From a virus (lineage: Duplodnaviria; Caudoviricetes): DNA of 30,499 nt. The notes beneath the pieces are model-generated. The model saw nothing but the letters and a program-made list of their open reading frames with translations, did not search any database and was not told the origin of the DNA. Made by a program: the position numbers and the translations under genes. Location of the stretch: the IMG/VR virus record IMGVR_UViG_3300046779_000920, positions 1 through 30,499 of that record. The stretch is one strand, 5' to 3'. Below, one piece after another: positions 1 to 7,686 of the stretch; position 1 is the stretch's first letter; each line of letters opens with the position of its first letter.

Positions 1-47
1 CAATCGTAGTGTGTTTGGTTTGGTAATAATTTTATTTTCTTAGCCAT
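1..47 (-). CDS. 5' end of hypothetical protein (partial, MAKKIKLLPNQTHYD...)
   Basis: ATG at 47 with an open frame running off the window edge; follows the replication gene on the same strand. Confidence 0.6.
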   Translation of the reverse strand, partial: MAKKIKLLPNQTHYD

Positions 48-106
48 TGGAAATATAATTTATATAATAATAAATATGCGGTAATCTTGATTCCGCTAGT
101 CTGAAT

Positions 107-619
107 CTACTGATTAAAAACTTTATTAAATTCTTCATCTTTATCAATATCCTTATCTATGGATTTATCCATATCAGTATCCATATCCATATCCTTAGTG
201 GTTGTGTAACCATTAGATAAGGGTTCTATAAGGGTTATTGAAGGGTTACTTAACTCTTTTGTAATCTTATTAAAAGAGTTATCTGATGGTTCTATAATAC
301 TATGTGAGATAAGTAATTCTCTAGCTGATTTAATTGCTGGAGTATTTGATGTAAAGAAATTCTTATATTGAAATGTAATAAACTTAGGTATAAACCATTT
401 ATCACCTTTAATATAAATTCTATCTTTCAGATATTCTATGATTTCAGTTTCACTTCTTTCACAATCAGTTTGAAATCTTAATAACTTTAAATTTACTTTA
501 TAAACACCAGCATGGTCACAAGTATCTAATAAGTAATTCCATACTAACTTCATATCCATTGGTAAGTTAGTGTACCAGTTGTCACTCCATTTGTTAGAGT
601 CAGTTAATCTTTTTGCCAT
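107..619 (-). CDS. Putative phage replication initiator (N-terminal wHTH-type domain, D/K-repeat tail)
   Basis: MAKRLTDSNKW...YLLDTCDHAG N-terminus, linker with DNA repeats, and KDMDMDTDMDKSIDKDIDKD tail, as in lambda O/DnaD-like phage initiators. Confidence 0.6.
   Translation of the reverse strand: MAKRLTDSNKWSDNWYTNLPMDMKLVWNYLLDTCDHAGVYKVNLKLLRFQTDCERSETEIIEYLKDRIYIKGDKWFIPKFITFQYKNFFTSNTPAIKSARELLISHSIIEPSDNSFNKITKELSNPSITLIEPLSNGYTTTKDMDMDTDMDKSIDKDIDKDEEFNKVFNQ
217..258. repeat. Iteron-like direct repeats, candidate replication origin
   Basis: AAGGGTT at 219-225, 230-236 and 241-247 (11-bp period), followed by an inverted variant TAACTCTT at 251-258. Confidence 0.5.
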
Positions 620-679
620 TGTTACTTTTACTTTTGTTGTACTAATATAAATACAAGGAACTTTCAGAAACGATATATT

Positions 680-2791
680 TTATACAATTTTTTTATAACC
701 TTTTATCTTTTGCCAACCTTTTACTCTACCAGTACCTAACCAATCGCCCCAACCATCCCATTGAGGATAAATTTTTTCATCATTTGGCCAACGAGGTATA
801 TCAATAGGTAAATTGCCAGTATTAATAAATTCATTCCATTCTTCTCTATTTTTAAGTTTTAAACTTCTAGCAAATTCTCTAGCAGATTTAAAATCTTTAT
901 AATTTTTACTTCTTTCTTGATTTGATGGAACACCATGTCCCAAATAATCTCCCCAACCTTTCCATGTTCCTTGATTACGATATTTACCTTGTGGTGCTTG
1001 TGATAAAAAATCTATATTATTATCTTTAACATAGTTAAAATATTCTGTTGAACTTTTAAATTTAAATGGTTTTATATATTGTTTAGCATCATCATATGAT
1101 AAATGTTTTTTACCAATTTCAAATGCAGAAACTATTCCATTACCTAACCAATCTGCCCAATCAACCCATTCTCCATTTTTCATATATATACCTCTTGGCC
1201 CATATGGTATTCCACTTGGTAATTCTCTTAATTTTACAAATTCATTCCAACCAGTTTGGGTTTTTATACCTAATGTATGCACATATTTTTTAGCATCTTC
1301 ATATGATAACCATTCATTATTTTTACCATTATATGTCATACAATAAAACTCTCTTCTACAATCTTCTAAAGTAGTCCAAGCAATAGTTCCAAACTTATCA
1401 TTATCTTTACGATATGCTGATTTAAAAAGGTTTAAATCTAATGGAATACCCAATTCAGTAATATTAACTTTTGGTTTTACTGTCTTACTACTTACGTTTT
1501 TATTTGGTGATTTTGATTTTGGTTTATTACTTGTCAATACTTTTGGAATAAGAATACCACCCATATTCTTACCATTGTATTTAGAATACCATTCTTTACT
1601 AGTCAAACACAACATTGCTGTCATCAAATCCACATAGTATGAAGCAGTATTCTTAGTAGCAACTTTGTAATATGTTTTTGGTTTATCAGTTTTAGATAAA
1701 CGTAACACCCTACCATACATCTGCATTAACATATCTAAGGATTGTGTAAGGGTAAAATCTACTACATTGAATAACTCTGGAATATTAAATCCTAACTTAC
1801 CTCTATCTACTGCAACTAATACCAAATATTCATCAGAATCTTTGAACTTAATAAATCCTTCACTATTGGTATCATTCTCACTATGTGATACTAAAACCTT
1901 ACCTGTCAATTCACTAAATCCATTTAGAGATTTGTAGATAGCATCTGCTTGTTTTAGGGAGTGACAGAAGATAATTGTTTTACCAATCTGATTGAATACA
2001 CTTAATACGTTTTTAGTAACTCTACTAACGTTTGGTTGTTTGATTGGATTCTTAATTCTCTTTAACATTTCCTTACAAACTGCAGTTAAAGCCTCATCGG
2101 TAGATTTCTTACTCATTTTAGAACTGGCCTTTAAGTTACCATATGTTCCATTGTAATCACTTTGTTTGAAATCGTAGGTAGATGATACTACCTCAACTCT
2201 TACATTAGTTACCTGTTTTAAATCAAATAAATCCATAACAGGAACGAATTGGAAATTAAACCTATCACCCTTCATAATGAAACGAGATGGTGTTCCAGTC
2301 AAAAGTAATTGATAGTTAGGTTTGATTTGTTTAAGGATATCAGTAATAGTTTTCTTACCATACCATTGATGTGCCTCATCTAAAATAAAGTTGTGGAACT
2401 TTGGTAGTAAATCTGATACGTTAGAAAGTGATTGTGGTAATGCAACTACTACCTGACAATCTGATTTTAAACAATCTACCAATTCTTCTTTGGTAGTTGC
2501 AACACAATAACTGAAAGAAGGTTTGAATGTATCTAATTCAGTTGAGAAGTTATCTCTTAATACTTTCATTGAATACGGAATAATCAAAGTACGTTTGTTT
2601 TTGTTTTGAGGATATGAGTAGAAAATCTCTAACTTCATAATCGCCATAAACGTTTTACCAGAGGAAGTACCTGCTGCTAATACGAAAGGTTTATCTGATG
2701 TATATTCAGATGTTAAAAACTCTTCTTGATAATTTAACTTTCGTAAACCTCGTGTTTTAATAATTTCGTTGTAAATTGATAAGTTGTTCAT
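680..2791 (-). CDS. SF2 (DEAH, ResIII-like) helicase fused to three C-terminal integrase-repeat-like units
   Basis: Walker A AAGTSSGKT, Walker B ILDEAH, motif III LTGT, motif VI QMYGRVLR; three repeats of SYxxAKxY...P...Y...WxxWxDWLG at about 725-1315. Confidence 0.85.
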   Translation of the reverse strand: MNNLSIYNEIIKTRGLRKLNYQEEFLTSEYTSDKPFVLAAGTSSGKTFMAIMKLEIFYSYPQNKNKRTLIIPYSMKVLRDNFSTELDTFKPSFSYCVATTKEELVDCLKSDCQVVVALPQSLSNVSDLLPKFHNFILDEAHQWYGKKTITDILKQIKPNYQLLLTGTPSRFIMKGDRFNFQFVPVMDLFDLKQVTNVRVEVVSSTYDFKQSDYNGTYGNLKASSKMSKKSTDEALTAVCKEMLKRIKNPIKQPNVSRVTKNVLSVFNQIGKTIIFCHSLKQADAIYKSLNGFSELTGKVLVSHSENDTNSEGFIKFKDSDEYLVLVAVDRGKLGFNIPELFNVVDFTLTQSLDMLMQMYGRVLRLSKTDKPKTYYKVATKNTASYYVDLMTAMLCLTSKEWYSKYNGKNMGGILIPKVLTSNKPKSKSPNKNVSSKTVKPKVNITELGIPLDLNLFKSAYRKDNDKFGTIAWTTLEDCRREFYCMTYNGKNNEWLSYEDAKKYVHTLGIKTQTGWNEFVKLRELPSGIPYGPRGIYMKNGEWVDWADWLGNGIVSAFEIGKKHLSYDDAKQYIKPFKFKSSTEYFNYVKDNNIDFLSQAPQGKYRNQGTWKGWGDYLGHGVPSNQERSKNYKDFKSAREFARSLKLKNREEWNEFINTGNLPIDIPRWPNDEKIYPQWDGWGDWLGTGRVKGWQKIKGYKKIV

Positions 2792-2823
2792 AATTTATTT
2801 GTTTATCTCTTAATCTTATACAG

Positions 2824-2855
2824 CTAATATACGATGATTTTGTGAGATTTCCAAA
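2824..2855 (-). promoter_or_regulatory. Bacteroidota housekeeping-type promoter for the helicase
   Basis: TTTG-N20-TATATTAG on the minus strand, one mismatch to the -33/-7 consensus TTTG-N19-21-TAnnTTTG. Confidence 0.65.
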
Positions 2856-2974
2856 CATTTTAACATATATTTTATACTATTTTTACAATAAAACGCATGA
2901 GATTGAGTATCAATTAGTTATGAAAACTAACGATTTAACGATTTTATGATTATTTTTGAGATTTCCAAATGGGC

Positions 2975-3010
2975 AAACAAAAACCCCCTCCAAAGAAACG
3001 GAAGGGGTTT
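2975..3010 (-). terminator. Intrinsic terminator downstream of bS21 and at the sRNA 3' end
   Basis: AAACCCCTTCC-GTTTCTTT-GGAGGGGGTTT 11-bp stem followed by TTGTTT. Confidence 0.8.
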
Positions 3011-3066
3011 ATACTAAGTAAAAGTAAATCGGGGTAGTTCCAATGGCGGGAGGAATTACTACCTTA
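2975..3066 (-). ncRNA. Candidate multi-target antisense sRNA (or functional 3'UTR of the bS21 mRNA)
   Basis: Hairpin GGUAG-UAA-UUCC-[UCCCGCCAUU]-GGAA-CUACC, single-stranded linker and terminator; segments perfectly complementary to start regions at 43-52, 615-633 and 29352-29364. Confidence 0.6.
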
Positions 3067-3108
3067 TGAATAAATATCGAGTAGTTTGGCTAAAACGAAA
3101 AAGTAGAA

Positions 3109-3345
3109 CTAAATTCTACTCTTTGCTTTTATTAATCTCTCTTTTTCCAATATCTTTTCTACTTTACGTTTAAATTCAACATCATTTTTTCTTGCACGTT
3201 TAATTGCTGATGGTTTGACAAAGTATTTTCTTTCTCTTAATTCAATCAAATGACCAGATGATTCTACCTTCTTCTTAAATCTTTTTAATAAAGAGGAAAT
3301 ATCCTCTCCTTCTCTTTTTTTAATTCCTACTAATGAAACACTCAT
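3109..3345 (-). CDS. rpsU: Phage-encoded ribosomal protein bS21
   Basis: GEDISSLLKRFKKKV..SG.L.ELRERKYFVKPS.IKR is the bS21 family signature. Confidence 0.93.
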   Translation of the reverse strand: MSVSLVGIKKREGEDISSLLKRFKKKVESSGHLIELRERKYFVKPSAIKRARKNDVEFKRKVEKILEKERLIKAKSRI

Positions 3346-3395
3346 TCTTTTATTTTTTTGTTATTCTTGCCCGCTTAAAATCGTTTTAATGGGTA

Positions 3396-3524
3396 TTATC
3401 TCCCTTGTCCTCTATACGCTTTTGGCTTTGGATTATGTTTGTTGTATGATGTCTTACCTGTTGGTTGAGATTTCTTTTTACCGAAACCAACTTTGGTATT
3501 TGAATTAGCTGTTTTCTTTGCCAT
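3396..3524 (-). CDS. Small basic protein with C-terminal YRGQGR motif (42 aa, absent from ORF track)
   Basis: Manual translation MAKKTANSNTKVGFGKKKSQPTGKTSYNKHNPKPKAYRGQGR*; a YRGQG terminus recurs in small phage proteins. Confidence 0.8.
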   Translation of the reverse strand: MAKKTANSNTKVGFGKKKSQPTGKTSYNKHNPKPKAYRGQGR

Positions 3525-3657
3525 CTAAAAATTGGGTTATTTTTTTATCAATATCGTTTATGGTATAAGATAGAGAAATTACAATATCTCTGATTTCATC
3601 GATATCTCTCTTTGCTCTTTCCATATCTAATTCTAATTGTAGTATCTTAGTTTCCAT
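3505..3657 (-). CDS. Small coiled-coil hypothetical protein (50 aa, absent from ORF track)
   Basis: METKILQLELDMERAKRDIDEIRDIVISLSYTINDIDKKITQFLDGKENS*; fills the gap between neighbours with tight packing. Confidence 0.7.
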   Translation of the reverse strand: METKILQLELDMERAKRDIDEIRDIVISLSYTINDIDKKITQFLDGKENS

Positions 3658-3658
3658 A

Positions 3659-3970
3659 TTATTCCTTTATGGGTACACAATTCGGTACTTCTCTACCATC
3701 CAATTCTTTTGTACCAATTGCTTCATATCCTGGCCAACAAGTATCTTCTAATCCTAAATCAACTGCTTTAAGGTTGATACCTCTATACTTTTGTTCTTGT
3801 GATAAAATACTTTTGATTTTCTTTGCAACACTCATATTCGTTTCAGTACGATATGTTTGGTAGCAAATTGCAGCTGATTGTTCTTGTCCGTATTCATCGT
3901 ATATTTCACCGATACATCTACTTACAAATTGTTCTTCTGTTTCTTCTGATTTTGGATTTGGGATTGGCAT
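3659..3970 (-). CDS. Small head-associated-type protein with two Cys-pair modules
   Basis: PIPNPKSEETEEQFVSRC...AAICY and CWPGYEAIGTK..DGREVPNCVP modules typical of phage head gene clusters. Confidence 0.7.
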   Translation of the reverse strand: MPIPNPKSEETEEQFVSRCIGEIYDEYGQEQSAAICYQTYRTETNMSVAKKIKSILSQEQKYRGINLKAVDLGLEDTCWPGYEAIGTKELDGREVPNCVPIKE

Positions 3971-3974
3971 TGTA

Positions 3975-4070
3975 TTAGTTTTGTTCTATGTAAGTATAAT
4001 CATTAATACTACCAGATGATGGTAGAGGTTCTCTAATGATTATTGTTCCTTGTGGGTTTAATTCTTCCAT
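3975..4070 (-). CDS. Tiny hypothetical protein (31 aa, absent from ORF track)
   Basis: MEELNPQGTIIIREPLPSSGSINDYTYIEQN*; fills the gap between neighbours almost exactly. Confidence 0.55.
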   Translation of the reverse strand: MEELNPQGTIIIREPLPSSGSINDYTYIEQN

Positions 4071-4072
4071 AA

Positions 4073-4381
4073 TTAATCAACGTACATGGTTTCACCATCT
4101 ACTATTATTTTTTCTATATTCTTTAATACAACAGTTCTATATCCACTTGCATCTCTATCCCATAATACCCAATATCCTCTTTCCTCATAATCATATACAG
4201 GTGGATTACCAGTAGGGTCAGTAGTGTACATTTCTCTAACCATATTTCTACCACTTAGTTTAGTGGTATATATTTTAACAAATTCATATTTGGTTTTGAC
4301 AATATCAACCATTTCACTAAATGAAATGTAATTCTTTTTACGGAATTGATAAAGTTTATTACCTACGATTGTTGAGTTCAT
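4073..4381 (-). CDS. Hypothetical protein, possible SH3/Sm-like (WYL_2-like) fold
   Basis: VLWDRDASGYRTVVLKNI motif resembling WYL_2-type beta-barrel phage proteins. Confidence 0.5.
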   Translation of the reverse strand: MNSTIVGNKLYQFRKKNYISFSEMVDIVKTKYEFVKIYTTKLSGRNMVREMYTTDPTGNPPVYDYEERGYWVLWDRDASGYRTVVLKNIEKIIVDGETMYVD

Positions 4382-4382
4382 A

Positions 4383-4721
4383 TTACTTATCCAATTCTTT
4401 TAATTTATTGATTGCCCATTCTACACCTGATGTTCCACCCCAAGCATCCCACATCAATCCACCACATCCTTCTGAATAAGGTACATCTTTGTGTTGTTGA
4501 TGTCTTTTGAATGAAGCCATCCTTGCTATCGTATCTCTACTAATTGGTTCTTTATTTGCAAGTTGGTTAGCTCTTTGTTTTCCTGTTGCTTCTCCACAAC
4601 TTCCCCAACCATTCTTTTCAGCCCAATCCAATGCTCTTCTTGCATTGTTTGATGCAGATTGTGGATAATCAGAATAACTTTCAAATTTATATATCTTATT
4701 ATGAACTGAATTTTCGTACAT
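4383..4721 (-). CDS. Conserved phage head-cluster protein
   Basis: YSDYP..A.NNARRAL.W...G..GKQRANQLA..E.IS..TI.RM.SF.RH...W..WGG module, often next to or fused with prohead proteases. Confidence 0.7.
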   Translation of the reverse strand: MYENSVHNKIYKFESYSDYPQSASNNARRALDWAEKNGWGSCGEATGKQRANQLANKEPISRDTIARMASFKRHQQHKDVPYSEGCGGLMWDAWGGTSGVEWAINKLKELDK

Positions 4722-4722
4722 A

Positions 4723-5757
4723 TTAGTCAGTTATGGGACCTCCAGTTACCCAAGCATCACAAGTTCTACTTGCTGCACACTTAAAATCAAATGCTTCACA
4801 ATATCCTAAATCACCTGCTTGGATTGTATCCCACTCATCTTTTACTTCTCCTCCGATACCAGATGCAATACAATCCAACATTTTTTTGGTTTGGATGAAA
4901 AACGCACAATTTCCACATAATGCTTTTTTAGCGGATTCAACGTTTCCCTCAAACATATCTGCTTTCTTCTTCCAATAATCTTCGTTCGGTTCATTTGGAT
5001 TGAGTGGACCATATTGTGCTATTTTTACTGCATTCTGTCTATTCTTTAAATTTACAGGAATACTTTGAGTTGCTTCTGGACATCCTTCTTCTAATAATGC
5101 TGGAGATATGAATCTATCTTCATCTTCATCAGGATTAGGTATCTCACCACTATAAGATGGTGAAACTAATGATGGTTGTGCTTCTAAGATGATTTGTTTG
5201 ATTTTACCCAATAGGTATTCAGCTCTTAATTCATCTTTACTAGCTTTCACTAATTTATGTTCGAATACTCCTTCAATAGAAAATCCTTTAATCTTACCAC
5301 TCTTTACAAACTCATTCCAAATCTTATCATCAGTTACTTTCATCATACCTACCCAAGTTCCCTCTGGTAAGTTTAATCCGTAATTGTTTGATTTATCTAA
5401 TTTACCTTCTTTAACCCACGACTCAACAAGGGTTACACCTTTGATTTTCTTATTATGTTCTAAGGTTGCTTTATCAGTATATTTTTTTGCAAGATAATTC
5501 TGTGCTAATTCCTTAATTGTTTTTGGTGTAAAGAATACCTCATAAGGTTGTCCTTCTCCATCTACTCTTAGAATACGTTTGTTAGGTATAAGGATTGCTC
5601 CCAATACGATTCTTTGTTCCGTATCAACCTTTGCAAATGCAACTTCATCTTTATTGAAATAAACCCAATCAGATTCAATTGCTGGAGCTTCCACTAATGA
5701 GATAGCGAATACTTCATCAACGTTCGGGTCTTCTATTGTAAGTTCATATAATTTCAT
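4723..5757 (-). CDS. XkdF-like phage serine (prohead) protease with C-terminal Cys-rich domain
   Basis: AISLVEAPAIE, EQRIVLGAILIP, ATLEH, VESW, LPEGTW, V.SGKIKGFSIEG motifs; C-terminal CGNC...C...C...CDAW. Confidence 0.8.
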   Translation of the reverse strand: MKLYELTIEDPNVDEVFAISLVEAPAIESDWVYFNKDEVAFAKVDTEQRIVLGAILIPNKRILRVDGEGQPYEVFFTPKTIKELAQNYLAKKYTDKATLEHNKKIKGVTLVESWVKEGKLDKSNNYGLNLPEGTWVGMMKVTDDKIWNEFVKSGKIKGFSIEGVFEHKLVKASKDELRAEYLLGKIKQIILEAQPSLVSPSYSGEIPNPDEDEDRFISPALLEEGCPEATQSIPVNLKNRQNAVKIAQYGPLNPNEPNEDYWKKKADMFEGNVESAKKALCGNCAFFIQTKKMLDCIASGIGGEVKDEWDTIQAGDLGYCEAFDFKCAASRTCDAWVTGGPITD

Positions 5758-5762
5758 AATAC

Positions 5763-5771
5763 TTTAACAAT
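5763..5771 (-). promoter_or_regulatory. ATTGTTAAA motif (candidate late promoter)
   Basis: 5 nt upstream of the protease ATG; recurs in structural-region intergenic gaps. Confidence 0.55.
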
Positions 5772-5787
5772 TTAGGTTTGTTTTATG

Positions 5788-7686
5788 TTAAAACGTTGCT
5801 GCTGATGTAGTTCTTCTATCAAGAGCTTGTTGTGAACTCATATCAGTACCAACAACATATGCTTTGATTGGTTTATTTGATGCTCTACTTAATCCCTCAG
5901 CAATTTGTGTTGTAGGATTTATACCTGCTCCACTTTGTAATTGTGGTGCTTGAGGTGCTGAAATAGATGGTGCTGAAATAGATGGTGCGGACATACTTCC
6001 ACCACCTCCACCTGTTGCACCAGGCATTGCTGGAATTTTAGTAGAAATAATTTTCTTAACATTTAATAAACCAGCAAGAATAACTGTACCTGCAGCAATA
6101 GCACCAAATGGAGGTGGGTATGTTGCAAGTGCTTTAGTAGCACCTAAGTAAGTATCAATCGTTGCTTGTGCAACTGCAAGTGCTTTACCTGCTACTGTTT
6201 GTTCACCAACTGCTTGTGCGATTGTTCCTAATGCATTAGATACGATACCTAATTTAGCTTCAGTTGCTGCTCTTTCAATTTCAACTCTTGTCTTTGCGGT
6301 TTCTGCATCAAACGCTGCAAGTGCATCTGCTGATGCCATCTTTGCAACCATATCCGCTCTTTCTAATTCTCTTACCTTATCGAAGGTATCAATTTGAGAT
6401 TGGAATGATTGTGCAGTTAGAGTGTTTTGTAATTCGTATTCTTGATAGATTCTTGCAGCCTTATCTGCTCTTGCTTGAGATTCTGCATCTGCTAATTTCT
6501 TAGCATCCTCTTCCTTCTTCTTAGCATCCTCTTCATCTTTTTTCTTTTTATCTTCTGCAGCCTTTTCATCTTCTTTCTTCTTCTCTTCAGCTCTCTTCTT
6601 TTCTTCATCGATGATTTGACCTTCCATCTTCTTCTTATCCTCAAGATACTTTGCCTCAGCATTAGTTCTATCTATAAGAAGTTGTTTTCTTTCTTTCTCT
6701 GCAAGACCCTGAACCTTTAATAGATTGTTAATTCTATCAATTTCAATTTTATATGCTACATCTGCTTCAACTTGTTCGTTTTTAATCTCTTCGATTCTAT
6801 CATCAAAACGTTTCTTTCTTGCATTAGCAAGATTTTGTTCTGCAGATTGTGCCTTAGATGCTAATTCTATCGCAGATTTAGCTTCTTCAATTCTTTTTTG
6901 TTTTAATTCCTCAGCCTTCTTTCTTGCTTCTTCTGCCTGACGTTTAGATTCTTCTGCTCGTTTCTTAGCATCTTCCGCTTTCTTCTTAGCATCAGCTTCT
7001 GCTTTATCAGATGCATCCTTTGCAGCCTTTGCAGCATCTTCATTTGCTTTCTTAAAATCTTTAATTCCAGAAGATGCTTCTTTGATTTTAGAATCAGCAA
7101 TACCTAATTTTCTTGCAACGAATGCAAATCCTTCACCTACTTTTTCTAATACAACTGCTAAACCTTTAAACAAAGGTAATGCAACTGCTTCGATAGTAGC
7201 CATAATAGGACCTAATATCTTACCAAATGCTTCTGAAATACGATTTAAAGTTGCTTGTCCTTCAGCAGTAGATTCTAATGATTTTTTGAATAATAAGAAA
7301 ATACCAATGATTGCACCGATTACAGCAATAACAGGATTAGCAAGTAATAACTTAAATGCCCCATCTACTGATTTAATCGCATTACCTGCCTGTCCTGCTG
7401 GACCAGGTAAAGATGCTAATTGGTCATCAAATTGTTTTGCTTGGAATTGAACTTTTTCTAATCCTTCTTCCAAATCATCCAATTGACTTCTTAATTGTTG
7501 GAACTTTACCTTATCACCTGCAGCTGCAGCTTCTTGTAATGCCTTTTGAGTTTGACGGATTTGTAATTGGAGTTTGACGAATTTATCACCCGTCTCTTCG
7601 GTCTTATCACCTAAGTCTTTTACTTCATCAGCACCCTTTACTTCCGCATCAATTACGGCTTTATATGTTGTAGTATTATCTGCCAT
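5788..7686 (-). CDS. Tape measure-like protein
   Basis: Long Ala/Lys/Glu coiled coil, hydrophobic ANPVIAVIGAIIG segments, C-terminal IKAYVV..D...QQ.LDR; follows tail genes. Confidence 0.75.
   Translation of the reverse strand: MADNTTTYKAVIDAEVKGADEVKDLGDKTEETGDKFVKLQLQIRQTQKALQEAAAAGDKVKFQQLRSQLDDLEEGLEKVQFQAKQFDDQLASLPGPAGQAGNAIKSVDGAFKLLLANPVIAVIGAIIGIFLLFKKSLESTAEGQATLNRISEAFGKILGPIMATIEAVALPLFKGLAVVLEKVGEGFAFVARKLGIADSKIKEASSGIKDFKKANEDAAKAAKDASDKAEADAKKKAEDAKKRAEESKRQAEEARKKAEELKQKRIEEAKSAIELASKAQSAEQNLANARKKRFDDRIEEIKNEQVEADVAYKIEIDRINNLLKVQGLAEKERKQLLIDRTNAEAKYLEDKKKMEGQIIDEEKKRAEEKKKEDEKAAEDKKKKDEEDAKKKEEDAKKLADAESQARADKAARIYQEYELQNTLTAQSFQSQIDTFDKVRELERADMVAKMASADALAAFDAETAKTRVEIERAATEAKLGIVSNALGTIAQAVGEQTVAGKALAVAQATIDTYLGATKALATYPPPFGAIAAGTVILAGLLNVKKIISTKIPAMPGATGGGGGSMSAPSISAPSISAPQAPQLQSGAGINPTTQIAEGLSRASNKPIKAYVVGTDMSSQQALDRRTTSAATF
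5954..5988. repeat. Perfect 15-bp tandem repeat (2.3 copies, encodes APSIS)
   Basis: GGTGCTGAAATAGAT x2 plus GGTGC. Confidence 0.9.

Noticed and set aside
680-2791. Integrase or type III restriction system
   Set aside because: Only repeat units are present; no tyrosine recombinase catalytic domain, nuclease domain or methyltransferase was recognised
3049-3173. Plus-strand 35-aa hydrophobic ORF (MNKYRVVWLKRKSRTKFYSLLLLISLFPISFLLYV) with upstream GGAGG, resembling a type I toxin
   Set aside because: Hydrophobicity is explained by being antisense to Lys/Glu/Arg codons of bS21; SD spacing is long (12 nt), the likely host rarely uses SD, and no plus-strand promoter was seen
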